Part shown: positions 54,542 through 64,000 of the stretch, piece after piece | How positions within the stretch are numbered: the stretch's first letter is position 1 | Layout: every line of letters begins with the position of its first letter | NCBI GenBank assembly: GCA_964016885.1 | Contig: OZ024746.1 | Coordinates: 1,922,001-1,986,000 of the forward strand | Source: Eledone cirrhosa | Taxonomy: Eukaryota | Length of the DNA: 64,000 bases | Reading direction: 5' to 3' | Position numbers and translations under genes: made by a program | Notes under the pieces: generated by a model | The model's database searches: none | What the model was told of the DNA's origin: nothing | Seen by the model: only the letters and a program-made list of their open reading frames with translations

Positions 54542-54702
54542 TATATATATATACATACATACATACATACATACACACGGCGGCAGAGTACTCGATAAAA
54601 TAATTTAAAACATTTTCCAACCTTGTTATTCAGAGAATAACGTTGCCAGTTTTCTCCCTCACCTTTATATAAGTGTGTTCTGTTTCGCTCAATTACTCTT
54701 CA

Positions 54703-54706
<4 letters not shown>

Positions 54707-54779
<73 letters not shown>
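54707..54779. repeat. (GT)n microsatellite
   Basis: Pure dinucleotide tract. Confidence 0.97.
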
Positions 54780-54781
<2 letters not shown>

Positions 54782-54954
54782 AGTGTGTAAGTACCAGTAA
54801 CGTACTGGCGTCGATTTAATTGCTGGCCTTGTGCCTAAATCAGAAAGCATTATTATTAGTAGTAATAATATATATTAAAAGTTTTTTTCATCTCTCTCTC
54901 TCTCTGTGGTGTGTGTAGTGTGTGGTGTGTGTAGTGTGTGTGTGTAGTGTGTGG

Positions 54955-54985
<31 letters not shown>

Positions 54986-56064
54986 TGTGTGTGGTGTGTG
55001 GTGTGTGGAGAATAAACGACAGACACGAGTATCGCCAGAGAGGCTACAAGTGCCATCCAGTTGTATAACAAAAGGAAGAAAAAATACTAAATAAAAAAAA
55101 AACAGTCTAATCATTGGAGCTTTGTTGTGCCAGCGAGGTCTTACTCCCTACTTTTTAATTAGTGTTGTAAATTGTTGACCTTCAACTAACTTCAATTGTT
55201 TACTTCACCTACTTCTTACCAGCTTCCGAAAAAACTGCCAATAATAATAATTGTTTCTACTTTTGGCACTAGGAGAAGCTGATTAAATCGACCCCAGTGT
55301 ATTACTGTTACTTTATTTCCTTCTTCCCCGGCGGCGAATAATAGTAACAGTAATAACAATGATCTGTGTCGTTTGAACAATCCTAATAAAATATACACAC
55401 TTTGCTTTAAATATTGCGTACTTTGTTTTTACCTGTTTTTACCCGAAAGTCTTAAGTTTGTTTAGCAACTCTTTACTGACTTCTTTTATCAACAAACTGA
55501 GACCAGAAAGGTATGTTGAGTAAATTGTCAGCCAATCTCTCTTGTAATGTAAATAATATCTCTCCACCGTTTCTTGGAAGTCCTTATGTATTGAATTAGG
55601 TGAGAGTAAATAGTAGTCAGCTGAACATTTAACAATTTATAACAACTTCACTTAAATGTGAAGAAAAGTAAGAAGAGAAATTTCAAGGCAAGGTAGCCTT
55701 GAATTCAGTTATTTCATTAACTGACAACTACTGTACTTCGAGCAAACGGTGGCGGCCTCGTGTGTGGACGTTAAACCTGCAAAAAATAGCAGCCAAATGT
55801 CCCTCGGCTTAGATTAAGAAACTACACAGTAAAAAGACAAAGTGATCATGGATCTTTTCGATCAGGACCGACCAGGAATTAAACAAAACACCAACCGTAT
55901 TCTATTTGCACGATGAAACTCGGGTTCAATTACGAAGGGATTTGAATTAATCATAACAAATATCCTGAGAAAAACTTGGAGAAAGAAAGTGTATGGCTGT
56001 GTTATTTAATGTGTAAAATGTATAATGTAATTTAAGTATATTACTACGACTACTCTCTCTCATA

Positions 56065-56206
<142 letters not shown>

Positions 56207-56312
56207 ACACACAAACCAAACATGTATGTAAGCGCTTTACACTTCGCATTATTAAGAACAATCAAAATTAATAATGATCTCCAGAAACCGATCAAGGTTT
56301 TCCATTGCTTAC

Positions 56313-58971
56313 CTTTATGTGGTTTCTCATTATCCTCAGCTTTGCCTGAATCCACATCGTGTAAAAATTCCAACGCAGTAGAAAACCTATTCTGTTTACT
56401 AGACCCGGGTTCAAGCTCACGGGGAGAAAACCTATGTTCTATAATAATTCTAGGGGGATCCGTGTGACGACGTTTATCCCTTAACTCAGACAACTGTTGA
56501 GGGTGTATTGAAACAGGAGATTCGCGACCAGTACCCTCATCAATCGACTTATTCGTTCTCCGGGTAATTGTAAAGGTTGGTTTGGAAACCCCACCAGTAA
56601 AACGGTGTTCAATAATAATGTGTGAAGGTTCTTCTGCAATATTAGAGTCAGCAGTAGCACCAGTAGTGGCTGGGTTATTAGATATAGGGACTTCGTCGAT
56701 GTGTAACACTGTAGGGGGTACACTTAAATCAGACTCTTCTCTTTTCTCGTCTTTTAAATTGGATAATCGCTTGTTAATGCTGCCAACACTGTCTGTCAAT
56801 GATAAGGGGCTATCAGTTCTGAAATTAGATGGAATTGGAGAGGATACATGTTCGATTTTTAATTCCAAAGGCTTTTTCTGTGAACTTGGGCTTTGGTGCC
56901 CATCAGGAGGAGTATGTGAATGCCTTGGTACCAGTGGTGGGAGCGGGGGCCGTCGTTGAACGACGATTTCAATCGGTTTGCTCACAGGACTTTCATTTGT
57001 TTCACTATGTGAAGTTGAAACATCTTCAGAAGTTCTTTTAGGATTCTGTATGGCCAAAAACGTAGGGTTCTGAGATATTTCACGAGGTGTACCTTGCAGT
57101 TCATTAACATCGGTCAAAAAACCACTGTTTCTTTTGATTTTGTTAAATAAATAATCCCAATCACTGGCTGATCCACGATTTCGTCGTTCGATTTTTTCCT
57201 GACTTTCAAACTTGGGGAAAAGATCAGCAAACAGATCGCAATTTGAACGTCTGTTAAAATCATCGGCAAAAGCTCGTGATCTTCTCCGCAATTTGAAGTT
57301 AGCAAACTCTCTTTCGAATTCCCTAAAATCTTCGTCATTATCAAAGAAATCTGAAAAGGTATCATTTTTTCCAGAATTTTTCGGTACTGCAATATCTTGC
57401 CTAGTTCCAACAGAACCGTGTTTAACTCTTAATTCAGTCAGCGGAGTGTGTTCTCTAGGACAAACACTATTATCCTGTTGAATATTAATTTTCACAGGAA
57501 TCAAACCTCGCCCTTCACTCTCAGCATCACGCTGTCTATCTTCAGTAAGAAACACTTCGTCTTTATCTTCATTGTCCTCTATCCGACCAAGTCGACCGAA
57601 CACATTGAAGTCACTGCCGAGGTTGGCAAACTCCCGATCGAACTCCTGGAAATTTTCATCACTTTTGAAAAAGTCCATTAACATGTCATGTGAGGCTGGT
57701 GCGTTTCTGGATGACGACGATAAATATTTGAGAGGATGTGAAGAGTTTGATGAAAGTCTTCTTATACTTGTGATTCTGGCTTTATTACTACTATTGCTTG
57801 GCGCCGACGAGGAAGCTATACAGGTGTTATCACGGTGGGGTTGGTTTGATGACGAAGTTGCTGCTGAAGAACGTAAATTCGAAGAAGCAGTTGGTGAAGT
57901 AGTTAGAGGAGCAGGTAAAATATCAGTACCAAAAATTCTATCCGGGTTACGTGTAGAGAAAGTTGCCTCACGTACTTCTAAACAATTCGCATTTTGATCA
58001 TTACAGATATTATTGTTATTTCGTTGGTTCTGATGGTTAATACTGGTTAAAATTGGACTACTTCTCGGATTGTTGCCAAGTCTGTTATTTTTAATAAGTT
58101 CTTCTTCACTATTCACTGGCACTCCACTCTGTGAAGATGCTTGGTAGTCGTAGTCAGATACATTTTCCTGAAGACTTTCTTTCAGGGACTGGAAGTTTTT
58201 TAATTCTTGTTTAAATTCTTCAAAATCCTGTTCGTCCTTAAATACGTAACTTAAATTTCTATAAGTGTTCGAATCATTGAGATCTGTGTATTTCAAATGG
58301 AGAATACTGTTTGGAGAAAATGTCGTCCTGTCACAACTGTTAATCTGAGTATAATAAGCACCACAAGAACTGCTACTTCCAGTATCGACAGTAGAACTAC
58401 CAATTTCATGTACCGGTCGACTGTGCAAGCTACATGGAAAATTCGCTGTACATGCAGCTCCACTCTTTGTATCTATCTCATCATTGACTAACAGTGGACA
58501 GCTTTTAATGGGATTATTTGGAGTGTTTGAGGGGTGAGGATCTGTGTGTTCGGCTACTACATCAAAGTTCTGACTTGACAGAGAGCAAGCATTTTCTTTA
58601 CGTGAATATAGTATATTTTGTTCCACTGGGCTAGACCTTTCACCACACTGTAATCCATAGGAGCAACAACGGTCTGTGGGTGTTTTACTGTTAATCTCAC
58701 TATGACAGTTATTATTACTACAATTAACATCAATAATAGAAGTGTTGTTATAATTATCAACAGCAGTAACAGAATCACAACAGTCACTGCTTGTTATAGT
58801 TTCATTTTTGTTAATACAATTAGCAACTGAGCTGGTAGTAGCATTACAGCCGCAACCATTAGAACTTTTTTTCTTATAATTATTAGTATCTGTATGTTGA
58901 TGATGATGCTTTCTCGTAGGTAACCGAAACTGGTAAGAACGACGGCTAAAATATCCACTATCTTCACCCAT
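56313..58971 (-). CDS. Large coding exon (886 codons + 1 nt) of an uncharacterised, probably disordered Ser/Asn-rich protein; the gene continues in unidentified downstream exons
   Basis: 2.9 kb non-repetitive ORF in AT-rich DNA; ATG in good context (GGGATGG); AAAG|GTAAG donor at 56313/56312, after which the ORF runs into (CA)n; internal protein-level repeats with diverged DNA. Confidence 0.85.
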
Positions 58972-61191
58972 CCCTGTGGGGGTTTTTTTTTTGGTTTTTG
59001 ATTTTTGTTGTTTTTTTGGGCACTACCCAACTTTTAACTCACCTTTGTTAGGTGAGGAGGATTATGTTGCATCTGGTATATTCTCCCGGCGTAAAAGAAG
59101 CAATCCTAAGATGTTGGTAGCAGAACCGACGAAGTAGAAAGCCATAAACTGAAGAAGTAAATAACAGTAGTAAGTGTGATAAGGTTGAGAAAAGTGATAG
59201 TTTGGCATACTGCTGCTTTTCGTTGATGCTGCTGATAATGAGGAGTCTGGGGTAGGAGTTGGTCGGTGACAGGCTTTCCTTTACTTGTTACACTCCTTCA
59301 CTTTTTTTTCTAGGTGATAGCTGCAGCTCTTGGTGAAGTCGTCCATATAAAGGTAAAACGTGTTACCCATTAAAGTTGTTCATGCTGACAGGCGCTGGTT
59401 ATGTTCAACCAAAAGACGATGTTTATATGTATTAAATAATTGTTAAGAAATATGCTTTAAGATATGCTTCCTTGCTGAAAGGTTTATTAGAAACTGCCTA
59501 AAGACAGCATATTTTGATGTATTTTTCGAGGACCAAATAAACATAAAAAATCTCTCCATATGGTGTACCTGTGTAAATGTGAAAACTACGTGACGCAAGA
59601 AAGTGGCAATGGGCTTACTAATAAGTACACGCCATGCGTCTGAATGACTGATTAGTAGATTATTAAAGAGAAGAAAAAAAAAGACAAGTAAAAAAGTTGA
59701 GACTTAAAACCGATTAAATAAACTTAGTGCTTGAGGCAGTAGTATTGAAGTCAGTACGTCAATAGTTGTAGAGTTAAATATACCAACAGGCTTGCCCAGG
59801 CAACTTTCAACAACAGTAGTAGATATATGCTATTCTTATATACTCAGCTGTCAACCAGTCTCTCTACGTGGTCGCTCTACCTATTACAGATAGCAGTCAG
59901 ATCTTTCTCAAATCACACCAAATTATATTTTTAAAAGTAGACAGAGTAATGTGATTGTGTATATCTATACTGTCTGGGGGAAAAAACAGGATGGTCATGG
60001 CTGGAAAGCCTTTGAACACAGCTCCTTCCTGATTACCGGAGGCTAAATAACAACTCTGTTCTCTTTACAAAGGTAACAGATATGTCATCTTAAGAAATCA
60101 AGTCATTTGTGAAATGAAATCATAGATATGGGATTGTAATAATAATAATAAATGTTAGTGCATTATTACAGGTAACTGAATCAGACGACACACCTTCGTA
60201 CTTGATAATATCTCTTATTGAATCAGACAGAAGGCATTATGTAAATTGTGTTTTCTTCTCAACGGAAGTAATACTATCAACATTAAGAAGCTATCGTTAC
60301 ACTCATTATAACCACTTGCACACAAATTTGTAGTTGCGTGGGAGAGAGGCAAATAAAAGCAAGATTTACATACACTCCCAATATGATTATATGAGTTAAT
60401 AATCCCATCAGATCAGGCCTCCTCTCAGCTAATGAGAACATATTTTTCTTTAATTCATTAATGTACTGTATTAATCATGACAAGATTAAGAACGCTTTTC
60501 TAAATTAAACTGGACGCTTTTTTCACTATAAGTGATTTCAATAAAGTATTAAAACTGAAGAAGAAAATTTATCTTCAACAATAATCCAATTTTTTGCAGG
60601 TACAACATAAGTTGAACATCAGCACAGAATTTCTATGCTTTGAATACAACTTTATCATACAAATTCTTTTAATAACCAAAAATCCATCCATCTGGTGAGA
60701 GAGAGAGAGAAATGGAGCTAAGATATTTAAATAAATCTTTAGGAAACCTACAGCAAACATTCTAAATATGGAACAGATCCTTTATCGTTAGTCTATATTT
60801 AAAATACATATAAAAGTTGAAAGTAAATTTTAAAAAAAAAAATTAAGAATCAAAATAGCTTAAGAGGATAAAAAAATGATAAGATCTATGGAAGGTGGAA
60901 TTTGGCAGTGAGCGTCTATCTGTCTCTGAGAGAGAGAGAGAGAGAAGTGGCTGAATTTGTCTTAAGCTTTGTCACGTGGTGAAATAGAGATGTTTTTGAG
61001 CAGATGACTTTAGTGTGGGAGGGAAAAATAACAAAACTAGTTGTTTAACCAACATTTAATGACCACCTTACTATATATAACTTTATCAACTTTGCCATGA
61101 AAGATTAAAAGAAAATGAAACTTTCCCAAGCACTGTGTGTGTGACCCAATTTGATTATTAGAATTGAAAGAGTGAGACAGATTAAGTCCCT

Positions 61192-61429
61192 TTAAAACCT
61201 TTCATGACAACATTTCTAATAAAATACACTCTATTTTAATTAATTAATGAAGAATTTTGAGGGATTTACTAAAATTATTAATTATTTCATTAGTAAGATA
61301 GTAACTTAATGTAAGGTTCTTATATAAAATTATGTTGAAAATTTAAATTTAAATAGAAAGCCTCCAAAATAGGTGGTTTTATTTCATAGAAACAGCTGGT
61401 TTTGGTCTGGTTGGTAACTAAAGGGTTAA
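61192..61429 (+). mobile_element. piggyBac-type MITE family B
   Basis: TTAAAACCTTTCAT ... CTAAAGGGTTAA; colinear with 46026-46454 once the SINE is removed. Confidence 0.78.
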
Positions 61430-62171
61430 TGAGTAAATTATTAAATAACCTGCTTAATGATAAATGTTCAAACTAAAACCATTCCTAAGTATGGCATTAA
61501 GATACCTTCCACTATAAACAATATAACTACATATATGTTTATATATGTAGTATACTGAGTTTAAACTAATCGAAATAGATAATTTATTCTAATTCTTAAT
61601 TTTACTGATAGTTTATCCTGATTATGTATTTTTAAGAGCTTAAGTTTCTCCATCTCAATCTCTCTATATCATATCCATTAATCTCAATAACTATTTTCAA
61701 GACCCACCCAATCCAAACAATGTTTATTCCTTCCTTTTAACAGTTTGAAATATTAATAAGAAGTAAATCCCTCACATTCCAAAGAAGATTCACAGGAATT
61801 TTATACTTTCTTCAAGTATTCATCATTTATCTACAGCTACAATTACCTGTTCATATAATACTGTTACGGCTCACACCTGGAAAGGCTTAGCCCACCTTTA
61901 ATGAAGCTGCATTTCATTGGAGTTTTCATGATTGGACCCCAATTTTTTCATAATTGTTTAATTGAAAAGTTTAGACATTGTGCTAAAACAATTAATCAAC
62001 ATTTATCTCAATACTGAGTCAAATTCTTGACATCTCCAGTTAATATTGCTTCCAACTATTTCTCGTCTCATAACAAATGTCAACATTACATTAAATTCTG
62101 AAATCAAGATATTATTTGCTAAACTACAACCTAGTACCAAACAAAGATATAACAACCTCCCTGGTGATAAT

Positions 62172-62256
62172 TGTTTCTACTTTTGGCACAAGGCCAGCAA
62201 TTACCCAGTGCATTACTGGTACTTTATTTTATCGACCCTGTGAGGATGAAAGGCAA
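62172..62256 (-). mobile_element. 5'-truncated SINE S1
   Basis: 3' half of S1; imperfect TSD tggtgataat / tggtaataat. Confidence 0.85.
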
Positions 62257-62600
62257 TGGTAATAATATCATAAAATGCACCCAGTAAACTCTGTAAAGTA
62301 CAAAATTATATGTAATATACAACCCTTAACCCATCTAATTAAATATTGACTTACCAACCACCTAACCCTTGCTAGCAAGGAAAACGGTTATTAAATGATA
62401 ATAAACATATACATATATATATGAATGTGTATTTAAAAGTGTGTGTGTTGATTTAGCAAAGTAATGCAGATAAGGAAACAAAGCCATGAACTGAAAGGCC
62501 TTAAAGTAAACTTAGCAAAAAGCAGAGTCTTAGTAAGTAGGAAAATAGGCAGGATCATGCTACCAACTAGAAAATGGCCATGTTTAATTTGCAGATAAAG

Positions 62601-62995
62601 TCATCATCATCATCGTTTAACGTCCGTGTTCCACGCTTGCATGGGTTTGGACGGGAGTTTTCCCACTTGAGGCAAGAGTGGTTGTCTTGCTCGCATAGGA
62701 CTGTCTGGCGGGTTTTCTACAGTTGGATGCCCTTCCTAACACCAACCACATTTACAGTGTGGGGCTGGGAGGTTTTTACCGTGTTGCCTACACGGCCACA
62801 TTACAGCGTGGACTGTCTGGCAGGTTTTCTACAGCTGGATGCCCTTCCTAACACCAACCACATTTACAGTGTGGGACTGGGAGGTTTTTACCGTGTTGCC
62901 TACACGGCCACATTACAGCGTGGACTGTGTTTTTTTTTTTTGTCGTGACACCTACACGATCTCATTTGTTTCGGCCTGGATTTTGTGGCACCAAC
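62601..62995 (-). mobile_element. RTE 3' UTR fragment (subfamily of 37939) with an internal ~112-bp tandem duplication
   Basis: Matches 37939-38215; the ggactgtctgg..ttacagcgt segment occurs twice. Confidence 0.85.
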
Positions 62996-63243
62996 AAAAG
63001 TGTATATAGAAACTCTATACAATGCATTCAATGTAAACTTGAAGTGCCCAAGAGATATGGTGGTGTCACAGACAGGCTAACAGAGAAAAGAAGATCTTGT
63101 GTGGCATGGGGGTAAGAGCATCAATGAAATAAACTCTTTCCAAACCTGGGAAGATTACCAGTTTAGAGGATCTAATGCCTTAATCCCCACAGCTATAGTG
63201 CTTCATATAAAAAAGCACAGATCCATCACCAGTTGAAATTTAT

Positions 63244-63449
63244 TTAACCCTTTATCATTTACATTACTCTATATTTACTATTGTATTTTCACAGTAAAGG
63301 CTTTACTTCACATAATTATCTCACATAATATCGAAGCTATGAGATTTTGATGTCATTTATTTTGAGAACAATACTTCAACACCAGTTTGAACAGAAAGAG
63401 GTGAGAGAATTCTGGCCAGGTACGGCTGGTTTAAATGCTAAAGGGTTAA
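63244..63449 (+). mobile_element. piggyBac-type MITE family A
   Basis: TTAACCCTTTATCATTT ... AAATGCTAAAGGGTTAA. Confidence 0.87.
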
Positions 63450-64000
63450 ATATAGTTTAGTAAGAAGCCATCTCCTATGTAATTAAAAACAAAAAATGTC
63501 TGTTCTCAAAACCATCCAACTTTCTATGCTTGGCTTTCAAAACAGCTGTAAAATTATTCCTTCGCCACGTGATACATGTTATTTATAATTGTTTTCTTGA
63601 ATTCATTTATAAATATATATTCTCTTCTCAACAGAAAGAGGAAACTTTTTAGGTAAGCAGCAATAAATAACCGAAGTGAATCCAACAATATGAACCTATT
63701 CTAACAAACACATATTCTATCATCAACCAGTTACAGCAAGACCCCTTTTTCTTTTCGTATGTTGAAATGAGGTAAAGCTATTGCTAGTGTCATGATAAAA
63801 TATACCCAACATACTCTGTAAAGCAGAGGTGCTGGGCCACGATAAAAAGTTCCCAATACATGCTTTAAAGTGACTAGTGTTAGGAAGGATACCACCTGTA
63901 GAAACCAAACTAAAATGGAACATATGTGCAGGACGTGGTTACCTGACTGGTCTACCCTCTGAACATTACAGCTTATCTAACTCATGCAAGCATGGAAAAC

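Noticed and set aside
56582-57997. Plus-strand ORFs overlapping the large exon
   Set aside because: Antisense shadows of the minus-strand coding exon with no independent evidence

Overview
This is AT-rich, repeat-dense eukaryotic (metazoan) DNA, not prokaryotic. The SINE, RTE and satellite content suggests a cephalopod such as Octopus, but that is inference. Most of the window looks like intron or intergenic DNA. It holds 5'-truncated RTE and CR1 LINEs, tRNA-derived SINEs with 10-20 bp target-site duplications (TSDs), non-autonomous DNA transposons (piggyBac-type TTAA MITEs, hAT/Charlie, Tc2/pogo-like, a dead mariner, two Helitrons) and about ten minisatellites. The only convincing host coding sequence is a 2.66 kb minus-strand exon (58971-56313, phase-1 GTAAG donor). 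It encodes a low-complexity region with three FFxxDEDFxEFxREFxNF-type repeats and several I-x-I/V motifs. The top findings are an intact minimal type I hammerhead ribozyme at 31412-31460, a (TA)n-associated short element family with a covarying long hairpin (28.4, 53.1, 54.4 kb), the repeat architecture of the large exon, and a tight inverted SINE pair. Most other ORFs in the track are satellite or transposon artefacts. All coordinates were read by eye, so fragment edges are approximate.
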